Shown in pieces: positions 1-9,459 of a DNA stretch of 64,000 bases; the stretch's first letter is position 1; the number at the start of each line of letters is the position of its first letter. The DNA is taken from contig OY969763.1 of the NCBI GenBank assembly GCA_963702845.1, positions 5,888,001 through 5,952,000 of the forward strand, given 5' to 3'. Below the pieces are notes generated by a model. It had not been told where the DNA came from and made no database searches. It saw nothing but the letters and a program-made list of their open reading frames with translations. The DNA is from an uncultured Verrucomicrobiae bacterium. GTDB taxonomy: Bacteria > Verrucomicrobiota > Verrucomicrobiia > Limisphaerales > Palsa-1400. A program made the translations under genes and the position numbers.

Positions 1-1782
1 CAGGCGATCCTGAATTTGCAGGATGCGCGTGGCTTCGCCGATGGACATGCCGGGCACGGCGGTCGGCATGAAGAGAATTGAACCCTCGTTGAGCGGCGGC
101 ATGAATTCGGAGCCGAGGCGTCGGAACGGAATAATGGTGATCGCAAGAATGACGGCGGCGATGACGAGGACGGTCCAACGGAAGCGCAGGACGAAATGGA
201 CGATCGGTTGGTAAAGCCAGATGAGCAGGCGGTTGATTGGGTTTTTGATCTCCGGTGTAATTTTGCCGCGCACGAGTAGCACCATCAGCACGGGCACGAG
301 TGTGACGCCGAGCAATGATGCGAAAAACATGGCGAAGGTTTTTGTGAAAGCGAGCGGACGGAACATTCGGCCCGCTTGCGCTTCGAGCGTGAAGACGGGC
401 ATGAAGCTGACGGTGATGACGAGGAGCGAGAAGAAAAGGGGACGGCCGACGGTTTGGGCGGCGCTGATCATGACGTTGAGGCGCTCGGCGCTGTCGGGGT
501 CGCGACCGTGTTCCTCGCGAAAATGTTCGAGGGCTTTATGGGCGTTCTCGACCATTATGATGGCGGCGTCGACCATTGCACCGATGGCGATGGCAATGCC
601 GCCGAGTGACATGATGTTGGAGGTGAGGCCGAGCCAGAACATTGGCACGAATGAAAGGATGATTGCGATTGGAAGCGTGATGATCGCGACGAGCGCGGAG
701 CGGACGTGCCAGAGGAAAATCAAGCAGACGAGCGCGACGATGATGCTTTCTTCGATGAGCTTTTCGCGAAGCGTGTCGATGGAGCGGCGGATGAGATCGC
801 TGCGGTCGTAGGTTGGAACAATTTTTACGCCTTCGGGTAATGACGGTGCGATTTCGGCGAATTTCTTTTTTATGCTGTCGATGACCTTGAGCGCGTTTTC
901 GCCGTAGCGCATCACGACGATGCCGCCGACGACTTCGCCCTGGCCGTTGAGTTCGGCGACGCCGCGCCGAAGGTCGGAGCCGAGGTGGACGGTGCCAACG
1001 TTTTTGACGAGGACGGGTGTGCCGCCGACGGACTTGAGAACGACGTTTTCGATATCGGCGATATTTTTGATGTAGCCGCGGCCGCGCACGTAGTATTCGG
1101 TTGAACCGATTTCGAAGAGTTTGCCGCCAACATCACCGTTGGAGGCGCGAATTTTGTCCATGACATCGGTGATAGGGATTCCGTAGGCGACGAGTTTATT
1201 GGGATCAAGATCGACCTGGTATTGCTTGATGAAACCGCCGACGGGGGCGACTTCGGAAACGCCCGGCACGGATTCGAGAGCGTAACGAAGATGCCAATCT
1301 TGCAGCGAGCGGAGTTGGGCGAGGTCGTGTTTGCCGGATTGATCGACGATTGCATATTCGTAAACCCAACCGACGCCGGTTGCATCAGGACCAATGACAG
1401 GATTAACACCTTCCGGCAAGCTGCCGCGAACGGAGTTGAGATATTCGATGACGCGGGAGCGCGCCCAGTAAATGTCGGTGCCGTCCTGGAAAATAACGTA
1501 GACGAACGATTTGCCGAACATCGATTCGCCGCGGACGAATTTCACTTTCGGCGCGGCGATGAAACGCGTGGAAATGGGATAGGTGATTTGGTCTTCGACG
1601 AGGTCGGGCGAGCGACCTTCCCAATCGGTGTAGACGATTACCTGGACATCGCTGAGGTCGGGAATGGCGTCGAGTGGTGTTCGCCATAAACACCAAACGC
1701 CTGCGGCGACAGCGAACGAGGTCAGCAGCAGAACGAAAAATTTGTTCCGCGCGCTCGTCTCGATGATGCGGTTGATTACCAT
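1..1782 (-). CDS. cusA: CusA/CzcA-family heavy-metal RND efflux permease; 3' end runs off the window
   Basis: My minus-strand translation from ATG 1782 reads MVINRIIETSARNKFFVLLL...TPLDAIPDLSDVQVIVYTDWEGRSPDLVEDQITYPI...IGPDATGVGWVYEY, the typical CusA N-terminus. It is absent from the ORF track, consistent with its stop lying beyond the window edge. Confidence 0.93.
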   Translation of the reverse strand, partial: MVINRIIETSARNKFFVLLLTSFAVAAGVWCLWRTPLDAIPDLSDVQVIVYTDWEGRSPDLVEDQITYPISTRFIAAPKVKFVRGESMFGKSFVYVIFQDGTDIYWARSRVIEYLNSVRGSLPEGVNPVIGPDATGVGWVYEYAIVDQSGKHDLAQLRSLQDWHLRYALESVPGVSEVAPVGGFIKQYQVDLDPNKLVAYGIPITDVMDKIRASNGDVGGKLFEIGSTEYYVRGRGYIKNIADIENVVLKSVGGTPVLVKNVGTVHLGSDLRRGVAELNGQGEVVGGIVVMRYGENALKVIDSIKKKFAEIAPSLPEGVKIVPTYDRSDLIRRSIDTLREKLIEESIIVALVCLIFLWHVRSALVAIITLPIAIILSFVPMFWLGLTSNIMSLGGIAIAIGAMVDAAIIMVENAHKALEHFREEHGRDPDSAERLNVMISAAQTVGRPLFFSLLVITVSFMPVFTLEAQAGRMFRPLAFTKTFAMFFASLLGVTLVPVLMVLLVRGKITPEIKNPINRLLIWLYQPIVHFVLRFRWTVLVIAAVILAITIIPFRRLGSEFMPPLNEGSILFMPTAVPGMSIGEATRILQIQDRL

Positions 1783-3055
1783 TGTTGAAGTGCTCCTTGC
1801 ACTTTGGCTTCGGCATCGATGAGGAAGTTGGCGCTGGCGACGATTTGCTCGCCTTCGCGCAGGCCGGATTTGACGGCGTAGAAGTTTCCGAAGGTGCGCC
1901 CGACTTCGATGAAGCGCGGCTCGAGTTTGCCTTGGCCTTTGTTGACGAAAACGAGGTTGCGCGTGCCGGTGGGCAGGACGGCGCTGGCGGGGATTGCGAG
2001 GCGGTTCCTTGGTCCGATTGCAATGTCGTGTCGACATACATTTCGGGGCGCAGTTTGAATTCGGATTATTGACGGAGATGCGAGCGCGAGCAGTGCGTTT
2101 GGCGTCGTTCAGAAAGGGGTCGATTAGATCGATTTTTCCTTTGAAGGTCGTGCCCGGAAATGCGAGGTGGTGATGGAAACGCTTCTCGCCTTTTTTCAGA
2201 AGCGGCAATTCGTCTTGATAAAATTCGGCCCAGACCCAGACGACGGACAAATCCACGACGTCGACCAGATGATCGCCAATATTCACGTGCCGACCTTGAT
2301 CGACAGGAAGGTCTTGAACAACTCCTTTGAAAGGGCGAGTAGAGCGTGAGTGTGTTTTGTGGCTGACGAGATTTTTCCAGTTCATTCAATTGTATGATCG
2401 CTGATATTCCAGAGAGTCAATCGTTGGCGCGCGGATTGAAGCATGCGTTCGGCGGATTGCGCGAGGTTGGTTGAGCCGGATTGGCGCGCGTGTCACGTGA
2501 ACGCAGCGCGTTGACGTATTCGCCTTGCGCGACGAGCAGGTCGGGGCTGTAGATCGTGAGCAGCGGTTGGTCTTTTTCGACAACGTCGCCGCGCGATGAG
2601 ACGTGAAGTTTTTGGACGTAGCCGTCGACACGGCTGACGTAGTCCCAGTGACGTTGTTTGTCGTAGGCGACGATGCCTGGCGTGCGGATTTGCATTCGAG
2701 CGGGCGCGTTTCCACGTTGGTGTAGGTGACGCCGATGAGTTGTTGGCGTTCGACGGGAACGGAGAATTCGGAGGGAGCATGTTCTTGCGCAGTGGTGGTG
2801 GATTGAGGCTCGGCGGTGTGTTGATGACTTTCTTGCGATTGCGGCGAGCTCGGAGGAATTTGTCGCGGTCGATTTTTTCACGGGCACCAAGGACATTCCG
2901 CAGATTGGGCATTTGGCGTTCGGGTCCTTGGAGCGGACGGATGGATGCATTGTGCAGGTGTAATAGGCGACGTCGGCCGGCATGGCGGTTTCCTCCTTCG
3001 TGCAGGAGGTGAAGGCAAGTGCGAATATTGTTATTAATAGGGAGATGGTTTTCAT
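1776..3055 (-). CDS. cusB: CusB-like RND periplasmic adaptor (lipoprotein with N-terminal heavy-metal-binding domain); several frameshifts
   Basis: Lipobox FTSC and motif YTCTMHP..D....CPICGMSLVP. The pieces IYSPDLLVAQGEY, LSVVWVWAEFYQ, LRPEMYV and ANFLIDAEAKVQGAL lie in different frames. Stop TAA at 1778-1776 follows the cusA start codon. Confidence 0.85.
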
Positions 3056-4407
3056 TTTTGCTCCTTTTGCTTCTCGAAGTTTGCCGACTTAGAAGTCGGC
3101 GATACGGCAGGTTTGGAAACCTGCGATACGGGGGCGCCGATGATTGATTCGAGTTCGACGAGGGCGATTTGATAATCGGTCTGGTGCTGGATCAACATGG
3201 CTTCGCTTTCCTGCGTTGTTTTGGCGGGAAAGCATGACGTCCATGAAGCTGGTCTTGCCGGTTTCATACGAGAGTTGCGTGGCTTCGATGGTCTGGCGTG
3301 ATAACGGCAGGACTTTCGCGTGGAAACAATTCGTAATGATGATGGAACGTGTGAAGTTTGTTGAGTTGCTGGCGGATTATTCCGACAGACTCAGCTTTCG
3401 CAGCCGCAAGTTCCTGCTCGGCGGATTCGAGCATTGCGCATTGTTCGCTGATACCGGCAGAGATTTTCTTGTGATTGAACCACGGCAGTTCAACAGCAAA
3501 GCCGACCATGAATTCGCTGACGGGTTCCGACGAACCGTTGTATCTGCTGATTTCAGCGCGAACGCTTGGATCGGGATACCATGCGCGTTGCGCAAGACGG
3601 AGATTTGTTTTGGCAGCGGCGACTTTATTTTGTGCGGCGAGGATCTCTGGACGGTGCGCCAACGCAATCTCGGTGAGTTGGTCGAATTCGGTGTCGACGA
3701 CTTGCATCGCGGGAACCAGGGGCCTGGCGAGGGGTGAAGCGGGCGGGCGGTTCATCAAGGTGTTCAGGAGCGATTCCTCGTCAGCGATTTGACGTTGGAA
3801 GTCGAATGCGGACTCTTCGAGCTTCGCCAATGCGGTTTCGGCGTTGAGGAGGTTGGCCTGAGTTTCGGTGCCGGCTTCGTATTTGAAACGAGCGCTGTCG
3901 GCGATTTGTTTGAGGAAACCGGCGCTCTCGCGGTTCAGGTTTAGAAATTGATATGCATTGGCGAGGCGCAGGTAGGAAGCGCGCGCCTGGGCGATCAGGT
4001 CGAGTTCCCGGCGGCGCAAGGCTGCGGCAGTGACCGAGACTTCGGCTTTGGCGGCGTGGCCACGAAGACGATTTTTGCCGGTGACGGGAATGGGTTGCTC
4101 GACGTCGATCCGCTGGTCGGTGAAGGCGTTGTCGGGAACGGAAACAAAACGTCCGGCTCTCGTGTCGAACGACGCGCGTGGGTTGTCCCACGAGCGCGCT
4201 TGCGTGACGCGGGCTTCGGCGGCGTCGACATTCGCGCGCGCGGCGGCGAGCGAGGGATTGTTTTGCAGAATCTCGCCGATCACCCAGTCGACGCGTGAAT
4301 GTATTCGTCGTTGGCGGCGGGGAATGTTGATGCGTTTGCGCAATGCTAGCGTTGGCCAGCGCTGTCAACGCCAGGACCGCAAAATAATTTGTAGTTTCAT
4401 GATTCAT
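3052..4407 (-). CDS. TolC/CusC-family outer-membrane efflux protein; frameshifted near both ends
   Basis: Core ORF 3264-4343 has OEP-type repeats (NNPSLAAARA, ALAHRPEILAAQ, LPWFN). The signal peptide (NYFAVLALTALANASIAQ) and the C-terminus (ORF 3052-3267) are in other frames. It lies directly upstream of cusB/cusA. Confidence 0.85.
3082..3132. repeat. Double-hairpin REP-like element, copy 1, inside the 3' end of the TolC gene
   Basis: TGCCGACTTAGAAGTCGGCGATACGGCAGGTTTGGAAACCTGCGATACGGG; a near-identical copy lies at 44849-44899. Confidence 0.85.
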
Positions 4408-4500
4408 CTTTTCAACACACGGACTGGAATAACTCGCGGGCATGATTGTCCGCGCTCTGTGCTCGCAAGAGGCGGGCACACTACGGGTGTGAAGAGTGAA

Positions 4501-4839
4501 TCAGATGAGAAAACTGCAATGCCGTTGGTAGAGAGGAACGGCGGTAGAAATATGAGCGAAGGTGCGGGCGGAAATTTGCGGGTGATCAGGAGTGCTGATT
4601 AAGGCAACGAGATGGTGCGCAATGGATGCGGCCAGTTGCCAATCGTTTTGCGAAATCGTGCGGCTGGGCAGTAGCGGAAGCGGTGCGGATTCAGAATTAT
4701 TCGATGACGTGCAGCAGCAATGATTGCCGCAGCAGGCCTTTCCTTGTTTTGGTGCGGGCGCGGGCGTCGCGAAAGAAAATTGCCCTGCCAACAGCGCGAG
4801 GCTGAAGAGCAGGGCAATAAATGTTTTCGCGATTTTCAG
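4501..4839 (-). CDS. Small exported/membrane Cys-rich protein upstream of the efflux operon (candidate leader/regulatory peptide)
   Basis: The frame extends upstream of track ORF 4501-4791 to a CTG at 4839, giving a signal-like segment LKIAKTFIALLFSLALLAG, then CCGNHCCC, and a C-terminus PLYQRHCSFLI. Start codon uncertain. Confidence 0.65.
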   Translation of the reverse strand: MKIAKTFIALLFSLALLAGQFSFATPAPAPKQGKACCGNHCCCTSSNNSESAPLPLLPSRTISQNDWQLAASIAHHLVALISTPDHPQISARTFAHISTAVPLYQRHCSFLI

Positions 4840-4842
4840 GCG

Positions 4843-5118
4843 TTATTTCTTTTCGGCTGCGGCGATTTTCTTCATGTATTTCTCCGGATCTTTCATGAAG
4901 TCTTTTTTGCAATCTTTGCAGCACATTTTTACTTCCTGACCTTTGTAGACCCAAACGTAAGGTTTCATGTCACCGCCGCCGATGTCTTCATCGGACACGA
5001 CGCACTTCTTCAAAGGATAAGGCTTGGCCTTTTTGTCGGTCTTGGAATCTTCAGCATGAACGGTCATGCCGGCGACGCTCAACACAACCGCCGCAATCAA
5101 GGGGTAGGTGAATTTCAT
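4843..5118 (-). CDS. Small secreted YHS/TRASH-like metal-binding protein
   Basis: Signal peptide MKFTYPLIAAVVLSVAGMTVHA, then YPLKKCVVS...YKGQEVKMCCKDCKKDFMKDPEKY, a YHS-like pattern. Confidence 0.75.
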   Translation of the reverse strand: MKFTYPLIAAVVLSVAGMTVHAEDSKTDKKAKPYPLKKCVVSDEDIGGGDMKPYVWVYKGQEVKMCCKDCKKDFMKDPEKYMKKIAAAEKK

Positions 5119-5196
5119 ATGTAACTTGACTAATACACTAGACGAGCCGAGTTGTAAAACCACTCAATAATTGTCGATAGCGTGCCATTAATTGCT

Positions 5197-5853
5197 TCAT
5201 GGTCTTGACCCAACGTCCAGGGCGGTGGCGCGTCCGCGCGGCAGCCTGTCGAGGTGATAAATGATAAATCCATGCAAAAACCCCTGAAGCTCTTTGCTTT
5301 GCGGTGGGCTTAATTTAACGCGGAAAATCGAAGGCCAATCCGCTTGCGCGAAATTCTTCAACAACTGCTTTGCGCCAACGGTGAGACTTGCATCGTCGAG
5401 ATCAGGTGCCAGCCCGAGTTCGGTCAGGAATTTGATTTCGAATGCGAAAATTGTTTGGGGCTGGGCCGGATGTTTTACGAGTTCTTTGATGAGGCCGCAA
5501 AAATCTTCGCAAACTTTTTTGAGCGGTGTTTCTGTTTCGGTCGCTTGTTCGATAAGGGTCGCGCAGTACGAAGCTTGTTGGACGTAAGCGAGATCGCGGC
5601 GCAAGTCGGCGTGGGTTTCAATGGCTTTGGCCTCGCGCAAAGTGTGCAGGTCGGAACGCTTGCTGCGGACGAAGCTGAAGTCGCACAAATAGAATAGATC
5701 CATTTGGCCACGAAATGATGACTTGGGGCCGCGTGCGCCTTTCGCCACGGTGGCGACGCGACCGAGGTCGGGCGTGAGCCAGTTCACGATAAGACTGGTA
5801 TCAGTCAGCGGTCTGGTGCGGAGCACGATGCCGCGTGCGCGCTCGATACTCAT
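5197..5853 (-). CDS. recO: DNA repair protein RecO
   Basis: GIVLRTRPLTDTSLIVNWLTPDLGRVATVAKGARGPKS OB-fold N-terminus; phoH-ybeY-recO context. Confidence 0.93.
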   Translation of the reverse strand: MSIERARGIVLRTRPLTDTSLIVNWLTPDLGRVATVAKGARGPKSSFRGQMDLFYLCDFSFVRSKRSDLHTLREAKAIETHADLRRDLAYVQQASYCATLIEQATETETPLKKVCEDFCGLIKELVKHPAQPQTIFAFEIKFLTELGLAPDLDDASLTVGAKQLLKNFAQADWPSIFRVKLSPPQSKELQGFLHGFIIYHLDRLPRGRATALDVGSRP

Positions 5854-6522
5854 TTAATCTTTCGAAGTCGGCTTCAAAGCGGCAAGCCCGGGTACGTCAG
5901 GCGAAATGGCGCCTAGGCTGATGATGAACTTGATTCCTTCGGCGACAGAGATGTCGAGTTTGGTGATTTCGGTTTCGCGCACCATGATGAGAAAACCGGA
6001 AGTTGGGTTCGGTGTCGTTGGGATGAACACGCTGATCCACTTTTGATTGTCCAAGCCTTTTTGTTCGCCGGTCACGAATCCGAGGCTGCGCGATTCCTTG
6101 TGGGGAAACGATACGAGCACCACTTGTTTGAACGACGATTTATTACTGGAGATCGATTCGTTAACTTGTTTGATCGTGCCGTAAATTTTGTTGAGCAGGG
6201 GAATGCGCAAGAGGGCGTTGTCGGTCCATTGGATCGCTTTTCGGGCAAAATAATTTCGGCCGAAACGTCCGATGAGCAAGATCAACAAGATAGCGAGCAC
6301 GAAGGCGCAGAGGCTCCAATACCAGTACATCTCGCCCTGGCCGCGATTCTCGTGGGTGATGTGGCGCGGGACAAAGAACAGCAGGTAATCGGTCAGGTTG
6401 GCGACGTTGCGGAACAGCCAGACAACGACGGCAATGGAAATGACGGCCGGCATGACGATGGCGAGGCCGGTAAAGAAGTTCGCGCGGAATTGCGCGAGGA
6501 CGTCATTTTCTTTTTTTGCCAT
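5854..6522 (-). CDS. DUF502 family membrane protein
   Basis: Motifs RIPLLNKIYGTIKQV and VFIPTTPNPTSGFL. Confidence 0.9.
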   Translation of the reverse strand: MAKKENDVLAQFRANFFTGLAIVMPAVISIAVVVWLFRNVANLTDYLLFFVPRHITHENRGQGEMYWYWSLCAFVLAILLILLIGRFGRNYFARKAIQWTDNALLRIPLLNKIYGTIKQVNESISSNKSSFKQVVLVSFPHKESRSLGFVTGEQKGLDNQKWISVFIPTTPNPTSGFLIMVRETEITKLDISVAEGIKFIISLGAISPDVPGLAALKPTSKD

Positions 6523-6982
6523 CGGGCTGGAGTGTGCCTAAATCGAACTCGCGGGACAACGAGTTTACGTAACGGTTTTCCTCGCGTTTCATGGTGCGAC
6601 GAAGGTCGGGCTTCAAGTCGTCGTAGCCGAGCAAATGTAGGATGCCGTGAACAACGTAGCGGACGACTTCCGATTGCCAGGTTGTCTTAAATTCCTTTGC
6701 CTGTTTGATGGCGTCATCAACGCAGATGAAAATTTCGCCGAGAACAGGGCCGCTTTTTTTTCCTTCGCGATAATTGAACGTGATGACGTCGGTTGAGCCT
6801 TCGTGTTGCAAGTATTGCTCGTTGAGCCGCGCCATCTCGGGCGCGGCGACGAGGTGAATGCCTAATTCGAATCCGTCAGCGGGCACGACTTGTTCGAGAA
6901 AGCGCAGGGTGATGCGCTTGAGCAGCGGCAGCGAAATCGCACGGGTCTTCTGGCGATTGAAGAATCGCAGTTCGTTCATCAC
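6503..6982 (-). CDS. ybeY: rRNA maturation endoribonuclease YbeY
   Basis: TDVITF and HGILHLLGYDD metal motif. Confidence 0.95.
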   Translation of the reverse strand: MMNELRFFNRQKTRAISLPLLKRITLRFLEQVVPADGFELGIHLVAAPEMARLNEQYLQHEGSTDVITFNYREGKKSGPVLGEIFICVDDAIKQAKEFKTTWQSEVVRYVVHGILHLLGYDDLKPDLRRTMKREENRYVNSLSREFDLGTLQPDGKKRK

Positions 6983-7935
6983 GGTTTTCCGCGGTGTTCT
7001 TCGTAAGCAACTATGATGCGTTGCACCAAAGGATGGCGCACAACGTCGCGTCGGGTGAATTCCATAATGGCGATGCCTTCGATGTCTCTCAATGCCCGAT
7101 GCGCTTCCACCAAACCTGAATGTTTATGTCCGGGCAGGTCGATTTGCGTTTCGTCGCCGGTGATGACGGCTTTCGAATTGATGCCGAGCCGGGTCAGGAA
7201 CATGAACATTTGTTCCGTGGTGGAGTTCTGGGCTTCGTCCAAAATAATGAAAGCGTTGTTGAGTGTGCGTCCGCGCATGTATGCAAGCGGTGCGATTTCG
7301 ATGACGCCGCGTTCAATGCTCTTCTGCACTTCTTCAGCGGGCAACATGTCGTGCAGCGCGTCATAAAGCGGGCGCAGATACGGCATGATTTTTTCGTAGA
7401 GATCGCCGGGCAAGAAACCGAGCGCTTCACCGGCTTCAACGGCGGGGCGTGTTAAAATAATGCGGCCGATTTTTTGTTCGTTCAATGCAGCGACGGCCAT
7501 CGCCATCGCCAAATAGGTTTTACCGGTGCCGGCAGGGCCGACGCCGAACGTGATGTCGTGTTTGCGAATGGCGTCGATGTAATTCTTTTGACCGATCGTT
7601 TTAGGAACGACGGCTGTTTTGCGAACGGAAGTCTGGATGCGATCGGAATAAATCGAACGCAACATCTCGGCACCTTCATTTTTGATAACGTTCAGTGCCT
7701 GGGAAAACTCTCGGTTGCGCACGGGCGTGCCGGCTTTGACGGAGCCTTCGAGCGCCATAAACATTTGCTTGGCGCGTTCGATGGCCTCGGCAGCACCGTC
7801 GAGCTTGATCCAGTTTTCGCGTGAGACGGCTTTGACGGCCAGTTCCTCTTCGAGCGCCTGCAGATTTTTCGGGTCGTTGTTGTATAGCTGTTGGGCGAGG
7901 CGGGCATTCTCGAAGTGCAATGTTTCAGTGGCCAT
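6979..7935 (-). CDS. phoH: PhoH-family ATPase (YbeZ-like)
   Basis: GPAGTGKT Walker A, RPAVEAGEALGFLPG and APLAYMRGRTL. Likely start ATG 7935 (MATETLHF). Confidence 0.95.
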   Translation of the reverse strand: MATETLHFENARLAQQLYNNDPKNLQALEEELAVKAVSRENWIKLDGAAEAIERAKQMFMALEGSVKAGTPVRNREFSQALNVIKNEGAEMLRSIYSDRIQTSVRKTAVVPKTIGQKNYIDAIRKHDITFGVGPAGTGKTYLAMAMAVAALNEQKIGRIILTRPAVEAGEALGFLPGDLYEKIMPYLRPLYDALHDMLPAEEVQKSIERGVIEIAPLAYMRGRTLNNAFIILDEAQNSTTEQMFMFLTRLGINSKAVITGDETQIDLPGHKHSGLVEAHRALRDIEGIAIMEFTRRDVVRHPLVQRIIVAYEEHRGKP

Positions 7936-8103
7936 GGTTAAAAGTAGATTTGAACGGGGCCAGTTCGCAAGAGCATGACCCCTGATCAACATTGCCGGTT
8001 AACGTGAGCCGGGTCAACTTCTGGACGGACATGCTGCACATCAAGATGGCTCGCAAATTTTTTTGACTGACTGCCTCACTGCGTTAAGCTGCCCATTCAG
8101 TTT

Positions 8104-9360
8104 ATGGCTAAACTTACTGTTAACGATTTGGATGTCGCTGGGAAACGCGTGTTTATGCGCGTGGATTATAATGTGCCGATGGAGGAGAAGGACGGCAAAA
8201 TGGTCATCAACGACACTACCCGCATTAAAGAAACGCTCCCGACACTGAAGCTGTTGCTTGGCAAAGGTGCGAAATTGATTTTGGCGGCGCACCTCGGTCG
8301 TCCGAAAGGCAAACGTGAGCCGTCGATGTCGCTTCAGCCAGTTGCGGTGAAGCTTTCCGAAATGATCGGTAAACCAGTGCAGTTTGTGGATGATTGCGTA
8401 GGACCGAAAGCGGAACAGGCGGCGAACAATCTGAAGAACGGCGAGATTTTATTGCTGGAGAACGTTCGTTATTACAACGAAGAAGAGGCCAATGATCCGG
8501 CGTTTGCGGAGAAGTTGGCGAAGTTGGCGGATGTTTATGTGAATGACGCGTTCGGCGCGGCGCATCGTGCGCATGCTTCGACCGAAGGTATCGCGCGGTT
8601 CATCGCCAAGCGCGGGGGCAAGTGCGCGGCGGGTTTGTTGATGGAACGTGAGTTGAAGTTTTTAGGTGACGAGTTGGAAAAACCGGCGCGGCCGTTTGTG
8701 GTGATTCTCGGTGGCGCGAAGGTTTCCGATAAGATTAAGGTCATTGATCGTTTGCTCGAAAAGGCGGATACGATTTTGATCGGCGGTGCAATGGCTTATA
8801 CGTTCGCGCTCGCGCAAGGTCGCAAGGTCGGCAAGTCGCTAGTTGAAGCCGACAAGACCGATGTTGCACTCGCAGCGCTCGACAAGGCGAACAAGCGCAA
8901 TGTGCAGTTCGTGTTGCCGACGGATACCGTGCTTGCCACGCCGGTCGATAGCGGCAAACTCAACAAGAAGGGCAGGCCGGTCATGGAGTTCCAGAACCCG
9001 CATGTATTCGACGGAAAAGATTTTCCAGATGCGGAAGAGGGTTTTGATATCGGACCGGTGACGGCCAAGCACTACGCAGAAATCGTGCGCGGCGCGAAAA
9101 CAATTTTGTGGAATGGGCCGATGGGTATGTTCGAGGACAAACGTTTCGCCGAAGGCACGACTGCCGTGGCGCAAGCGGTCGTCGAAGCAACCCAGAAGAA
9201 CGGGGCGAAGAGTATCATCGGTGGCGGCGATAGCGTGAAAGCGTTGAACAAAGCCGGCATGGGCGACAAAGTGACGTTCATGAGCACGGGCGGTGGGGCG
9301 AGTTTGGAATTTTTGGAAGGCGTCGAATTGCCGGGTGTCGCGGCGCTGAGCAATCAATAA
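8104..9360 (+). CDS. pgk: Phosphoglycerate kinase
   Basis: RVDYNVP, HLGRPKG, NDAFGAAHRAHAS and STGGGASLEFLEG. Confidence 0.98.
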   Translation: MAKLTVNDLDVAGKRVFMRVDYNVPMEEKDGKMVINDTTRIKETLPTLKLLLGKGAKLILAAHLGRPKGKREPSMSLQPVAVKLSEMIGKPVQFVDDCVGPKAEQAANNLKNGEILLLENVRYYNEEEANDPAFAEKLAKLADVYVNDAFGAAHRAHASTEGIARFIAKRGGKCAAGLLMERELKFLGDELEKPARPFVVILGGAKVSDKIKVIDRLLEKADTILIGGAMAYTFALAQGRKVGKSLVEADKTDVALAALDKANKRNVQFVLPTDTVLATPVDSGKLNKKGRPVMEFQNPHVFDGKDFPDAEEGFDIGPVTAKHYAEIVRGAKTILWNGPMGMFEDKRFAEGTTAVAQAVVEATQKNGAKSIIGGGDSVKALNKAGMGDKVTFMSTGGGASLEFLEGVELPGVAALSNQ

Positions 9361-9361
9361 C

Positions 9362-9442
9362 AACAGAGCCGCGCGCGTGAGCAAGCGATTGCTATCGTGC
9401 GTGCAAAGTCTTAAACCGCTTGCTCACGCGCGCGGCTCGGTT
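9362..9442. repeat. REP-like long inverted repeat (family GAGCCGCGCGCGTGAGCAAGCG), copy 1
   Basis: Arms 9362-9387 and 9417-9442 around a variable loop. A second full copy is at 17982-18061, with partial copies at 42936-42962 and 10246-10260. Confidence 0.9.
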
Positions 9443-9459
9443 AAACAAATAATTTACGA

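Noticed and set aside
23..1689. Plus-strand ORFs (221-811, 1222-1689 and others) in the ORF track
   Set aside because: They are antisense shadows of cusA, which occupies the minus strand. The same applies to most long overlapping ORFs in this GC-rich window.
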